Positions 48,303-59,090 of a stretch of DNA of 64,000 bases are shown in pieces. This stretch comes from Halarcobacter sp. Its GTDB lineage: Bacteria; Campylobacterota; Campylobacteria; Campylobacterales; Arcobacteraceae. Within the stretch, counting starts at the first letter, position 1; each line of letters begins with the position of its first letter. A model generated the notes under the pieces. It ran no database searches, was not told where the DNA came from, and worked only from the letters and a program-made list of their open reading frames with translations. The translations under genes were made by a program, and so were the position numbers. The stretch is taken from assembly GCA_048571215.1 (NCBI GenBank), contig CP182352.1:960001-1024000 (forward strand), given 5' to 3'.

Positions 48303-50858
48303 TTGGATATTGTAAATAGTTTTGAAATAGAAGATGAAATTTTATATTATTATGACTTAAATAAAGTAATAAGTAAAAATTTAAAATTAAAAAAGTTACC
48401 TATTGTATTAAAAATACTTTTAGAATCCAATCTCAGAAAAGTAAACAATAATGAAGAGTTTGAAAATATAATTAATATTTTTTCAAATAGATTAAACCAT
48501 AAAATTGGTTTTTATCCTTCTCAAGTTATATTACAAGAGTTTACAGGGATTCCTGCTTTAGTTGATTTAGCATCAATGAGAGAATCAATAAAAGACCAGG
48601 GTGGAGATGTAAGTAAAATAAATCCTCAAATCTTAGTTGATTTAGTTATTGACCAATCCTTAAACACTACAAATATAGGTTCTATTGACAATTCTATAAA
48701 CAATACAAATAAAGTACATTTATCATACAAGCAAGGATATGAGTTTGTTAAATGGGCACAAAATACATTTTCTAATTTTAGAGTAGTTCCCCCAGGTTCA
48801 GGAATTTGTCATCAAGTTAATTTAGAATATTTATCAACAATTCTGCATGTAGAAAAAATAGAAGATAAGTATTTTTTATATCCAGAAACAATACTTGGTA
48901 CAGATTCTAACACTACTTTGATAAACTCTTTGGGTGTTTTAGGATGGGGAGTTGATAGTATAGAAGCACAAAGTGCTATGTTGGGTTTACCTATGTTTTT
49001 AAATCTACCTAAGGTTGTTGGTATTAATCTACATGGAGAGTTAAAAGAGGGAATCAATTCTACTGATTTGGTACTAACCCTAACAAAAAAATTAAAAGAG
49101 CATGATGTTACAGATAAATTAATTGAGTTTTATGGAGAAGGCTTAAGGTATTTAACTTTAGAAGATAGATCCACTGTTTCAAATATGGCTCCAGAATATG
49201 GTGCAAAGTGTTCTTTCTTTGCCATAGATAATCAAACAATATCATACTTTAATAAAACAAGAGATAATGAAAATTATGGAAAATTGATTAAATCATATTT
49301 ACAGAAGCAACATCTATTTTATGATGATAATGAAATATTAGATTATGATGAAGTGATTGATTTAGATTTATCCACCCTAGAACCCACAATTGTGGGACCA
49401 AAACGAGCCCATGATAGTGTTGATATAAAAACTTTAAAAGATATAGTTATAACAAAAGAATCAAAAGATTTAAAAGATGCAGATATTGTAATAGCTGCTA
49501 TTACCTCTTGTACTTCGTCTTCAAATCCTTACCTTTTAATTCACGCTGCATTGGTTGCTAAAAAAGCTCATGAATTTGGACTACATATAAGTGAACATAC
49601 AAAAGTTTCACTTGCACCAGGTTCTTTAGTAGTAAAAGAGTATTTAGAGAAGTTAGGCTTACTTAAATATTTAGAGATATTAGGTTTTCATATAGTTGGG
49701 TATGGGTGTACTACTTGTTATGCAAATCAAGGTACTTTAGATGAAAATTTAGAAGAACAAATAAAAACAGATAATTTAAATGTTTGTTCAGTTAGTTCTG
49801 GAAATAGAAATTTTGAGGCTAAGATGAACCCTTTAGTTAAATCAAATTATTTAATGTCTCCCTCTTTGGTAATAATTTATTCATTAATAGGAACTATGAA
49901 GTTTGATTTATTTGAAGATGTTATTGGTGTGATTGATGATAAAGATATATATTTAAGAGATTTATGGCCTACAAACAAAGAAGTAGGGGAGTATATGCAA
50001 AAACTCGATTATACTTTATATAAAGAGATATATAAAGATATATTTAAAGGTGATAAGTTTTGGCAAGATTTAAAAGTAGAAAAATCTGATACTTATAATT
50101 GGGATATAAACTCAACTTATATTCAAGCTTCAAAACTATTTGAAGATAAGGATACAGAAAAAACAGATATTAAAAATGCTCAAATTCTTGCTTTGTTTGC
50201 AGATAAGATTACAACAGAATATATTTCACCTTTAGGACAAATATCTTTATACTCTCCAGCTGCTAAATATTTAGAGAGTAAGGGAGTTAAATCTTTTGAG
50301 TATAGTACTTTTGCAAGTAGAAGAGGAGATGCAGAAGTTATGACAAGAGGAACTTTTGATGATAATAGAATACAAAATGCAATGGTAACAAAAGAGGGTG
50401 CTTATACTATGGATTATGAGACAAATGAGATTGTCTCAATCTATGATAAAGCTATGAAGTTTAAAAAACAAAATATACCTCTTGTGATATTTGCAGGGGA
50501 AGAGTATGGTAAAGGTGATTCAAGGGATTGGGCAGCAAAAGGAACAAAACTACTTGGCATAAAAGCAATAATTGCAAAGTCATTTTCAGAACCCCATAGA
50601 AAAAACCTAATAGAGTTTGGTGTTTTACCTTTACAGTTTATTGATGATGATATAAAGAGCTTAAAACTAAAGGGGAGTGAAAGTATCACAATTGAATTTG
50701 ATGAACTAAAGGTAGAAAGTAAGGTTTTAGCAACTATACATAAAAAAGATTTAGATATAAAAATCGAGTTGAGATGTAGAATTGATACTTTAACAGAGCT
50801 CAATTTTTATAAAAGTGGTGGGGTATTATCTTATTTGCTAAATGAAATGATAAAATAA
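48303..50858 (+). CDS. acnA: Aconitase A/IRP-family protein with degenerate active site
   Basis: GICHQVNLE, NMAPEYGA, ITSCT, GCTTC, SRDWAAKG; several catalytic residues substituted. Confidence 0.8.
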   Translation: MDIVNSFEIEDEILYYYDLNKVISKNLKLKKLPIVLKILLESNLRKVNNNEEFENIINIFSNRLNHKIGFYPSQVILQEFTGIPALVDLASMRESIKDQGGDVSKINPQILVDLVIDQSLNTTNIGSIDNSINNTNKVHLSYKQGYEFVKWAQNTFSNFRVVPPGSGICHQVNLEYLSTILHVEKIEDKYFLYPETILGTDSNTTLINSLGVLGWGVDSIEAQSAMLGLPMFLNLPKVVGINLHGELKEGINSTDLVLTLTKKLKEHDVTDKLIEFYGEGLRYLTLEDRSTVSNMAPEYGAKCSFFAIDNQTISYFNKTRDNENYGKLIKSYLQKQHLFYDDNEILDYDEVIDLDLSTLEPTIVGPKRAHDSVDIKTLKDIVITKESKDLKDADIVIAAITSCTSSSNPYLLIHAALVAKKAHEFGLHISEHTKVSLAPGSLVVKEYLEKLGLLKYLEILGFHIVGYGCTTCYANQGTLDENLEEQIKTDNLNVCSVSSGNRNFEAKMNPLVKSNYLMSPSLVIIYSLIGTMKFDLFEDVIGVIDDKDIYLRDLWPTNKEVGEYMQKLDYTLYKEIYKDIFKGDKFWQDLKVEKSDTYNWDINSTYIQASKLFEDKDTEKTDIKNAQILALFADKITTEYISPLGQISLYSPAAKYLESKGVKSFEYSTFASRRGDAEVMTRGTFDDNRIQNAMVTKEGAYTMDYETNEIVSIYDKAMKFKKQNIPLVIFAGEEYGKGDSRDWAAKGTKLLGIKAIIAKSFSEPHRKNLIEFGVLPLQFIDDDIKSLKLKGSESITIEFDELKVESKVLATIHKKDLDIKIELRCRIDTLTELNFYKSGGVLSYLLNEMIK

Positions 50859-50861
50859 ATT

Positions 50862-51599
50862 TTATAAAACAGTATTATAAAGCATCACACTAAGAATTAT
50901 AAGATTCATTATAAGTATAAATATTTTATAGTTCTTAACACCTGTTGTATTTTTAGTTTTAATTCCAAAATATACTCCAACTAAAGATGCAAGACCTATG
51001 ATTAAGCCTTCATGATAAAGCATTTGACCACTCAAAGATAGTGAAGCAAAACCTGCAATTGATGAAAAAATCACAAAAAATAGGCTAAGACTAGTAGCTA
51101 CTTTTAATGGATACTTCATAACTCCAACTAAAATTGGTATAAGTAAAATAGCTCCGCCAACTCCTATACTCATAGCAATAACTCCAACAAAAAAACCTAA
51201 TATAAAAAGAATGAACTTATTATGGTGTTTTATTTCACAATCAGGTTCAGCAGGAGAGATAAATAGTTTGATAATTGAAAAAACTACTATAATAATAAAT
51301 ACATATTGTAAAAATTGGTTAGATACTAAAGAGTGTATAAAGCTATTTAAAAGCCCTCCACAAGAACCTCCAATACCTAAAATAAACCCATCTTTGACTA
51401 GATTTTTTACCTTTTTTGAGTTTAAGAAAGAGCCATAAATAGAACTAAATACCATTTGCATTATTGCAATTGCAATCGCTTCTTTCATTAAAAAACCACT
51501 TGTTACTAACATTGGAGTTAGTATTGTTCCTCCACCTAATCCAAAAAAACCAGATATGAAACCTGCAATTAGCCCAAATGATATAAGTTCTAAAGTCAT
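50862..51599 (-). CDS. TauE/SafE (TSUP) exporter
   Basis: GFFGLGGG..P and IGVGG..P repeats. Confidence 0.88.
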   Translation of the reverse strand: MTLELISFGLIAGFISGFFGLGGGTILTPMLVTSGFLMKEAIAIAIMQMVFSSIYGSFLNSKKVKNLVKDGFILGIGGSCGGLLNSFIHSLVSNQFLQYVFIIIVVFSIIKLFISPAEPDCEIKHHNKFILFILGFFVGVIAMSIGVGGAILLIPILVGVMKYPLKVATSLSLFFVIFSSIAGFASLSLSGQMLYHEGLIIGLASLVGVYFGIKTKNTTGVKNYKIFILIMNLIILSVMLYNTVL

Positions 51600-51600
51600 A

Positions 51601-52368
51601 TTATTTTGTTTTTATAGAATTCATTGCACTAATGAATTTAGTATAAATACACTCTAAATCATGATCTTGATTTGATAAATCAATTCCATCATGGTCTTTT
51701 ATGGCATGTTCAAGTAGTGCAACTCTTTTTAAAAGGTACTCAAACATCTCTTTATTTATATCTGGTAAATCACCATGATTTAGTCTTTCACTTTTATCTT
51801 CTCTTTTTATAACTTTTGCTGGAACTCCAACAGCTGTTGAATTCTTAGGTACATCACAGATTACTACAGAATTAGCACCAATTTTACCATTTTTACCAAT
51901 TGTGATATTTCCTAAAACCTTTGCACCACTTCCTATAACTGAGTTTGCTTTTATGGTTGGATGACGTTTACCTTTATTTAGACTAACTCCACCTAGGGTT
52001 ACCCCTTGATAGATTAGTACATCCTCCTCTATAATAGCAGTTTCTCCAATAACAACCCCAATACCATGGTCTATAAAAACTCTTCGTCCTATTGTTGCTG
52101 CTGGATGAATATCCATATTGCAAAAAAACTGTGTTAAACCCATTATAACTCTTGCAATTTTTTTAAATCCTCTATTATAAAGTCTATTTGCAAACCTATG
52201 ATTGATTATTGCCCAAACACCTGGGTAGTTAAAAAAAAGTTCTAGGGTTGAGTTTAGTGCTGGGTCATTTATTTTTGGAACAATAAAATCTTCTTTTATT
52301 TGTTTCCATAAACCCATATCTTTTGCTTCATTTAATATATCTTCTTTTAACTCTTCATTTGTTTTCAT
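51601..52368 (-). CDS. cysE: Serine O-acetyltransferase
   Basis: DIHPAA, FIDHG.GVVIGETA, KRHP. Confidence 0.93.
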   Translation of the reverse strand: MKTNEELKEDILNEAKDMGLWKQIKEDFIVPKINDPALNSTLELFFNYPGVWAIINHRFANRLYNRGFKKIARVIMGLTQFFCNMDIHPAATIGRRVFIDHGIGVVIGETAIIEEDVLIYQGVTLGGVSLNKGKRHPTIKANSVIGSGAKVLGNITIGKNGKIGANSVVICDVPKNSTAVGVPAKVIKREDKSERLNHGDLPDINKEMFEYLLKRVALLEHAIKDHDGIDLSNQDHDLECIYTKFISAMNSIKTK

Positions 52369-52370
52369 TA

Positions 52371-54167
52371 TTAACTCCATGCTGTCTTCAAATAACTATT
52401 TTGATCTAAATAAGATTCTAACATCTTGTATGTTTTTTTATCAAGACTTTGCTTAAGTATTGATTTTATCTCTTTAGTATCATAATCAATATCTTCTAGA
52501 ATATCGATTATTTTTTGTGATTCTAAGACTTTTTCTAAATTTACTTCATTGTTCTCAAAAACTACATTAACCTCAGTAGGATGGGAAAATAGATTGTGTT
52601 TCATACCTAATATATCTTGATATGCCCCAACATGAAAAAATCCCAAAAAGTATTCCTCTTTTTTCAAATCAACATCATGTAGATATAGTGGTTTATTTTC
52701 ATCAAACTCCATCTCCCCATCACTATCACAAGTGATATCCCATATTGAAGCACTTCTTGTTGGCTTTTTATCAAGATGAGTGATTGGCATTACTGGAAAC
52801 TCTTGATTGATACCCCAAAAATCCGGTAATGATTGAAAAATTGAAAAGTTTACTAGATATTTTTCTTGAATTTTGTTATCTATTCTTTTTAACTCTTCAA
52901 AATCATCAACCTCTAAAAGCCAAATAGCTTTTTTAATAATAAGGTTTGTTAAAAGTTCAGCATTACTTCTATCTTCTAAATCAATATACCCTAAATCAAA
53001 TAGTTTAAGTAGTGATTCTAAGTGATCCATACTATCATGCATATACTCTAATGCTGTTTTACTATTTATATCATTGTATAGAGCTGTTAACTCCTCTATT
53101 AAAGGGGGATTCTTATCTTTAAGTCTTAAGTGTTCCTCTTCATATTCAGCTGAAAAGAGTTCTAATACAGGTGCTATTAATACTGTAGATGCAGCTGAGA
53201 TAAACCTTCCTGATTCTGTGAAAATATTTGGTTCATCAACACCCTTTTGACGAGCAATATTTTTTAGTGTAAATACAACATCACTTGCAAACTCTTGTAA
53301 ATCGTATTGGGCAGTTCGTTTAAATTGGGAATATTCAACAGCTAATCCACCACCAATATTTATTGCCTTAAGGTTAATTGCTCCTAAGTTTTTAAGTTCT
53401 GCATAAATATGACCCGATTCTTTTAGTGCATTCTTAAGTGGTTTAATTGTACTCATAGCAGAACCTATATGGAAGTGAATCATTGTTAAGATATGCTCTA
53501 ATTTATTCTCTTCAAGCATCTCATAGGCTTCAAGTATTTCTGTAGAACTTAGACCAAATTTAGAATCAATTCCACCTGATTTTGCCCAAGCTCCACTTCC
53601 ACTATTAAATAGTCTAACTCTAAGACCTATATTTGGGCTTGGTAAAGAGGTTTCTTTTTCAACTTCCAAGATTGTAATAAGCTCATTTAAACCCTCAATA
53701 ATAACAGTTATATTATGCCCCATTTGTTTTGCAATAAAAGCTAAATGAATCATCTCTTTATCTTTAAAACCATTTACAGTTATTGGTGCACCAATCTTGT
53801 TATATGTCATTGCTAAAAAAAGTTCAGCTTTACTACCAGCTTCTAATCCATAGTTATACTTTTCTGCTGATTTAATTAATGGGTGCAAAAAGTTAGGTAG
53901 CTGATTTACTTTTAGTGGGAAAACTGCATTAAAAGTTCCTTTATAGTCATACTCTTTAAAGGCATTGTTGTATATACTAAAAAGTTTATCAATTTGCTTT
54001 TGTGTTATATGGGGAAATCTAAATAGAAGTGGTCCCTTATAATCTTTCCCTCTAATCTCTTTTACTAGTTCAATTAATGAAGGCTTTGAGGCATAATTTA
54101 TTTTAACAACACCATCTTCTATAATAAAATTATCATCTGCCCAAATATCAATTCCATAATCTTCCAC
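52371..54167 (-). CDS. speA: Biosynthetic arginine decarboxylase
   Basis: FPLKVNQ, EAGSKAEL, HFHIGS, DITCDSDG, GAYQ. Confidence 0.95.
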   Translation of the reverse strand: MEDYGIDIWADDNFIIEDGVVKINYASKPSLIELVKEIRGKDYKGPLLFRFPHITQKQIDKLFSIYNNAFKEYDYKGTFNAVFPLKVNQLPNFLHPLIKSAEKYNYGLEAGSKAELFLAMTYNKIGAPITVNGFKDKEMIHLAFIAKQMGHNITVIIEGLNELITILEVEKETSLPSPNIGLRVRLFNSGSGAWAKSGGIDSKFGLSSTEILEAYEMLEENKLEHILTMIHFHIGSAMSTIKPLKNALKESGHIYAELKNLGAINLKAINIGGGLAVEYSQFKRTAQYDLQEFASDVVFTLKNIARQKGVDEPNIFTESGRFISAASTVLIAPVLELFSAEYEEEHLRLKDKNPPLIEELTALYNDINSKTALEYMHDSMDHLESLLKLFDLGYIDLEDRSNAELLTNLIIKKAIWLLEVDDFEELKRIDNKIQEKYLVNFSIFQSLPDFWGINQEFPVMPITHLDKKPTRSASIWDITCDSDGEMEFDENKPLYLHDVDLKKEEYFLGFFHVGAYQDILGMKHNLFSHPTEVNVVFENNEVNLEKVLESQKIIDILEDIDYDTKEIKSILKQSLDKKTYKMLESYLDQNSYLKTAWS

Positions 54168-54169
54168 TA

Positions 54170-55393
54170 TTAAAAATCCTCTAATTTAATTGTATTCTCT
54201 TCTTGAGTTTCAATATTTTTAACGTAAACTGTTCCAGTATTCAATTCATTTTCACCAATTAAGGCAACAATTGTTGCCCCTTGTTTCTCTGCTATTTTAA
54301 AATGTTTACCAAATCCTCTTGGAGTATATTCAATAATTGTTTTTGTTGTTTTTCTTTTTTCATTTGCAATTTTTGTTAAAAGATTTAATGCCTCTTCACT
54401 CATTGCACCTAAATAGATAATATCCTCTTTTGAGTTTTTCATTTTAACAAGTTCAAGTAAACGTTCGATTCCAATGGCAAAACCAATGGCAGGAGTTTCT
54501 CTTCCACCTAAAAATTCAACCAATCTATCATATCTTCCTCCACCTGCAATTGCACTTTGTGCTCCAATCTCAGCAGAGCTAAATTCAAAAGCAGTTTGTG
54601 AATAATAATCAAGTCCTCTAACAAGGTTTGAGTCAATCTCATATTCTATTTTGTTATAGTCTAATATCCCTTTTAGCTTTACAAAATCATCATCACATTT
54701 TTGACATAAATTATCTGTAATTCTTGGAGCATTGTATAAGAGTTGTTGACATTTTTCTATTTTACAGTCAAGCACTCTTATGGGGTTTGTCTCAATTCTT
54801 CTGTTGCAATCACTACAAAGCTCATCTTTGAAGTTTGTTAAATGCTTAACTAGCTTATCTCTATACACTGGCATACACTCTTTACACCCTAAAGAATTAA
54901 GCTGCAATTTGAATTTTATTTCAAAGAAATCTAAGATATCTTTTATCATCATTATGATGTTTGCATCTTCATAAACAGAGCTTACTCCAAACACTTCACA
55001 ACCAAATTGGTGGAACTGTCTTAGTCTTCCTTTTTGAGGTCTTTCATATCTAAACATTGGTCCATAATAGTACCATCTATATGTTCCCCCAGCTCTGTCA
55101 AATTTATTTTGTATAAAGCCTCTAACAACTCCCGCAGTTCCCTCAGGTCTTAAACAAACATCATTTTCACCTTTGTCAATAAACTGATACATCTCTTTAT
55201 TTACTATATCAGAACTCTCTCCCACACTTCTTTTAAATAGTGCAGTTTCCTCTAAAATAGGTGTTTCCAAATACTCAAATCCATAGTTTTTTGCGATTCT
55301 TGAAGCATTATCAACAAAGTAGGTAAATAGTTTACTATCATTCCCTAGGATGTCGTTCATACCTCTTAAACTTTGGATATTTTTATTACTCAT
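54170..55393 (-). CDS. hisS: Histidine--tRNA ligase
   Basis: LRPEGTA, RYERPQKGR, RGLDYY, GGGRYD. Confidence 0.97.
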   Translation of the reverse strand: MSNKNIQSLRGMNDILGNDSKLFTYFVDNASRIAKNYGFEYLETPILEETALFKRSVGESSDIVNKEMYQFIDKGENDVCLRPEGTAGVVRGFIQNKFDRAGGTYRWYYYGPMFRYERPQKGRLRQFHQFGCEVFGVSSVYEDANIIMMIKDILDFFEIKFKLQLNSLGCKECMPVYRDKLVKHLTNFKDELCSDCNRRIETNPIRVLDCKIEKCQQLLYNAPRITDNLCQKCDDDFVKLKGILDYNKIEYEIDSNLVRGLDYYSQTAFEFSSAEIGAQSAIAGGGRYDRLVEFLGGRETPAIGFAIGIERLLELVKMKNSKEDIIYLGAMSEEALNLLTKIANEKRKTTKTIIEYTPRGFGKHFKIAEKQGATIVALIGENELNTGTVYVKNIETQEENTIKLEDF

Positions 55394-55952
55394 TTATAAA
55401 TTCCTCAATTTTTTTTGCAATTTGCTTTATATCTAAACTTGCATCTATAAAAAGATGATTAATTTTTAACATCTCTACCGTTTTTTTCATTCTGTCTTGA
55501 ATATCTAAAAGATACTCTATACCTCTTGATTCGATTGAATCATGCTTTTTCTCACCTAATCTTCTAATAAGTTCTTCTTTACTAAGCTCTAATAGTATTA
55601 CATGGCTTGGTAAAATGTTTTGTGTAGCAATCAAATTTAATGATACTACAATCTCTAATGGTAGATTAGATGCATATGCTATACCACTTATGACACTTCT
55701 ATCACTAATTACAAGTTTTGATTCATTTGGTTTTATAATCTCTTCCATATGTTCAGCACGATCTGCCAAAAATAAGAACATCTCAGCAACTTTACTTTTT
55801 GCTTCACCATTTAAAGCCATTTGTCGTAGTTTAAGACCAATTTTAGTACCACCAGGCTCTTTTGTAAATATAGCTTCTTTATATTTTTCTTTTAAAATAT
55901 CAAGTTGGGTTGACTTGCCAGCTGTATCAATCCCCTCTACTACTACATACAT
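55386..55952 (-). CDS. tmk: Thymidylate kinase
   Basis: EGIDTAGKSTQ, EPGG, SDRS. Confidence 0.95.
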   Translation of the reverse strand: MYVVVEGIDTAGKSTQLDILKEKYKEAIFTKEPGGTKIGLKLRQMALNGEAKSKVAEMFLFLADRAEHMEEIIKPNESKLVISDRSVISGIAYASNLPLEIVVSLNLIATQNILPSHVILLELSKEELIRRLGEKKHDSIESRGIEYLLDIQDRMKKTVEMLKINHLFIDASLDIKQIAKKIEEFINE

Positions 55953-56413
55953 TCTAATACCTCTTTAGGAACAAGATGTTGAAACTTACCCTCAAATCTA
56001 ATAATCTCTCTTACTATGGTAGAGCTTACAAAGGCATTTTCTAATGTGGGCATCAAATAAAGTGTTTCTAAATTTTTATTTATTGATGAATTTGCATAAC
56101 CCATTTGAAGTTCATACTCAAAATCAGAAACAGCCCGAAGACCTCTAATTATGGTATTTATTTTAAGGTCTTTAGCTAAATCAACTAATAAAGTATCAAA
56201 GCCAATCACTTTAACACCCTTTATATCTTTTGTAGCTACTTGTACAAACTCCACCCTTTGCTCATGGTTAAACATTGGGCTTTTTAATTCACTTTGTGCT
56301 ACTGCAATTACTACTTCATCAAATATATTAGCAGCTCTTCTAATAATATCCATATGACCATTTGTTATAGGATCAAAAGTACCACTATATATTGCTTTTT
56401 TATATGATTCCAA
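55943..56413 (-). CDS. coaD: Phosphopantetheine adenylyltransferase
   Basis: GTFDPITNGH, RGLRAVSDFEYE. Confidence 0.97.
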   Translation of the reverse strand: MESYKKAIYSGTFDPITNGHMDIIRRAANIFDEVVIAVAQSELKSPMFNHEQRVEFVQVATKDIKGVKVIGFDTLLVDLAKDLKINTIIRGLRAVSDFEYELQMGYANSSINKNLETLYLMPTLENAFVSSTIVREIIRFEGKFQHLVPKEVLECM

Positions 56414-56438
56414 GTTCTCATCCTCTCTTTAATATTCT

Positions 56439-56993
56439 TTATTTCCATCTTTCGTATAGATTATGTTCTATTTTTAACAAGTCAAGATATTTGCCTATTA
56501 AATACTCTTCCATATCTTCTAAGGTAGATTGATTTGAATAATAAGCTAGTATTGGTGGAGCAATTGTTATGCCTAAGTTTGATAGCTTTAGCATATTTTC
56601 TAAAGCTATTGATGATAAAGGCATCTCTCTAGTAGCTAAAACAACATCCCTTTTCTCTTTTAACATAACTGTAAAGGCTCTTGTAATTAAGGAGTCTGAT
56701 ATACCTACTGCACATTTAGCCAAAGTGTTCATAGAACAAGGAAGTATTATCATTTTATCAGTTTTAAAAGAACCAGAAGATATTGGTGCTTCTATTTGAG
56801 ATTCTTTAAATAGGTGAGTATTTTCCCTTTTCTTTAAAATAGCTTTAAAGTCTAAATTCTCTTCAAGTTTTAAAGATTTTATTGCACTCTTAGAAACAAC
56901 GGCAAACACCTCTATTTCTTTTGGCAATTTCTGTATAAGTTTTAGACCTAGTCTAGTTCCACTAGCTCCCGTAATAGCAACAATTAATTTCAA
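56439..56993 (-). CDS. ubiX: Flavin prenyltransferase
   Basis: TGASG, SSGS, PCSMNTLA, REMP. Confidence 0.92.
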   Translation of the reverse strand: MKLIVAITGASGTRLGLKLIQKLPKEIEVFAVVSKSAIKSLKLEENLDFKAILKKRENTHLFKESQIEAPISSGSFKTDKMIILPCSMNTLAKCAVGISDSLITRAFTVMLKEKRDVVLATREMPLSSIALENMLKLSNLGITIAPPILAYYSNQSTLEDMEEYLIGKYLDLLKIEHNLYERWK

Positions 56994-57216
56994 TTTAAAA
57001 CCTTTGTAACTCTTATTAAGAAATAGATATTACCTAAAAAAATCTTTATTTTCAAAAGTATTCAAAAAAAAAGTAAAAATATTATGAAATAAAACTGTTT
57101 TTTAATCTAATATTAAGATAAAAGAAACTATCATTTTGTATAAGTTTTAAATAAAATAATTAAACAAATTGTTTTATTTATATTTTAAAATAATATTAAT
57201 TGTAGAAGGATTAAAG

Positions 57217-57858
57217 ATGTCTAAAATTTTCACTTTCGTAAGAGTAAACAGTAATAATGATGAGTATACAAATGAACAAAAAAACAAATTGGATTCTTAT
57301 ATTTCAAAAAACAATTTTTCAATTTATCAAGCAATTGAGATTGAAATAAATACACCTAATGAAGAGGAAAAAATTTTAGATTTACTTAAAAAATGTGAAT
57401 CACAATCAACTTTGATTATCTATGATTTAAATGTATTTGGTAGAACAATTGAAACTATTTTAGAGATAATAAAATTTTTACTTTCAAATAAAATTAGAAT
57501 TTTAGTGATAAAACAAAATCTTGATTTGATTAGTGATAAAGATATGTTAACTCAGATGATTCTTGGAATGATATCTATGACTTTATCTTTAGAAAAAGAT
57601 TTAATGAGTCTTAGAACAAAAGAGGCCTTAACTGCAAAAAAACTGAAAGGTGAAAGTTTAGGTAAACCAAAAGGTACCATTCAAAAATCTAAGTTTGATA
57701 AGCAAAGAGATAAAATTGAAGAGTTATTATCTGTAGGATTATCTGTTAGAAAGATTTCAAAACTTTTAGGTTATAACAATCATATTGGTCTAAATAATTA
57801 TGTAAAAAAGAGAAATATTAGAAACACTTTGCCAAATACTCTAGACATAGCTAGTTAA
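57217..57858 (+). CDS. Serine recombinase (resolvase)-family protein with degenerate catalytic motifs
   Basis: Resolvase fold with LGKPKG and C-terminal HTH; RVNS instead of RVST. Confidence 0.8.
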   Translation: MSKIFTFVRVNSNNDEYTNEQKNKLDSYISKNNFSIYQAIEIEINTPNEEEKILDLLKKCESQSTLIIYDLNVFGRTIETILEIIKFLLSNKIRILVIKQNLDLISDKDMLTQMILGMISMTLSLEKDLMSLRTKEALTAKKLKGESLGKPKGTIQKSKFDKQRDKIEELLSVGLSVRKISKLLGYNNHIGLNNYVKKRNIRNTLPNTLDIAS

Positions 57859-57859
57859 C

Positions 57860-58501
57860 ATGTTTGCTATATACAATAACAGTGGCTTAAACTTTAGAAG
57901 TACCATAGACAACCTATATAATCTTCCAAATTTAGATGCTATTGCTAGAGTAAGAAACAATGTGGAGGAGGGTCTTCCTAAAGACCACACCTTAAAAAAT
58001 AAAAAAAAGCTTTATGATAGTAAGGATAATAAAAAAGCAGAAGCAATTTATAAAAAAATTGCAAATATTGATACAAAAGCTCCAATTTATAATGTCTCTG
58101 AAATTATGACAAATGATGTTATAAGTCTAAATGAGAGTAATACTTTACAAGAAGCTTATAATCTAATGGAAGAACATGATATAAATCAAATCCCTGTATT
58201 AAATAATGAAAACACTCATATTATGGGAATGATTACTTATAAAATGATATTAGATATTTTGATTAATGATATTGAGTTTGTAGAGTTTAATCTAAATAAA
58301 ACTTTAGATAATTTAGACTTTACTGATGTACTTACAACTGATCCAATAACTGATATTAGAAGAGTGGCTAAGGTTATGGTTGATTTTAAATTGGGTGCAA
58401 TACCTATAGTTGACCAAGATGACAAGCTACAAGGAATAGTATCAAGATCTGATATATTGGACGCAGTATCAAATAAACCACCTATGCAAATCTATGGATA
58501 A
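57860..58501 (+). CDS. CBS-domain protein
   Basis: Tandem CBS pair, GIVSRSDI. Confidence 0.88.
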   Translation: MFAIYNNSGLNFRSTIDNLYNLPNLDAIARVRNNVEEGLPKDHTLKNKKKLYDSKDNKKAEAIYKKIANIDTKAPIYNVSEIMTNDVISLNESNTLQEAYNLMEEHDINQIPVLNNENTHIMGMITYKMILDILINDIEFVEFNLNKTLDNLDFTDVLTTDPITDIRRVAKVMVDFKLGAIPIVDQDDKLQGIVSRSDILDAVSNKPPMQIYG

Positions 58502-58640
58502 AATTTAATATTTTATACATTCCAATTTAAATTATAAAAGCAATTTACTCAAATAAATCATCTTAATACTCACTTCAAACTAATTATAGTAAAATATCCA
58601 AATTTAAAAAATTTAGACTAATTATTGGAATGGAGATTAT

Positions 58641-59087
58641 ATGAAAGTATTATTATTAAAAGATGTAAAAGGTACTGGTAAAGCAGGTGAAGTAAAAGAT
58701 GTTAAAGATGGATATGGAAAAAACTTTTTAATCTCAAAAGGTTTTGCACTTCACGCAACGGATGAAGTAATTGCTAATTATGAAGAGGAACAAAAACTTA
58801 TTGCACAAAAAGAAGCAGAAGAGATGGCAGAGGCTAAAGAATTAGCTGAAAAAATTGAGTCAACAAAATTAACTATAAAACACCAATTAGGAGCAAATGG
58901 ACATTTAATTGGTTCTGTTACAAATAAAGAGATTAGTGAGGCTTTAAAAGAGCAGTTTGATATAGAAATAGATAAAAAATCAATCTCACTAAAAGAGAAA
59001 ATAAAAGCTGTTGGTATTTTTGAGGTTGATTGTAAATTAGGTCATGCAGTACATGCAAACCTAAAAGTCGATATTATTGGAGCATAA
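58641..59087 (+). CDS. rplI: 50S ribosomal protein L9
   Basis: [27 protein letters not shown]. Confidence 0.97.
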   Translation: MKVLLLKDVKGTGKAGEVKDVKDGYGKNFLISKGFALHATDEVIANYEEEQKLIAQKEAEEMAEAKELAEKIESTKLTIKHQLGANGHLIGSVTNKEISEALKEQFDIEIDKKSISLKEKIKAVGIFEVDCKLGHAVHANLKVDIIGA

Positions 59088-59090
59088 TTA

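Noticed and set aside
57217..57858. Resolvase as marker of a transposon or as the cassette integrase
   Set aside because: No mobile context, degenerate catalytic motifs, and integron integrases are tyrosine recombinases
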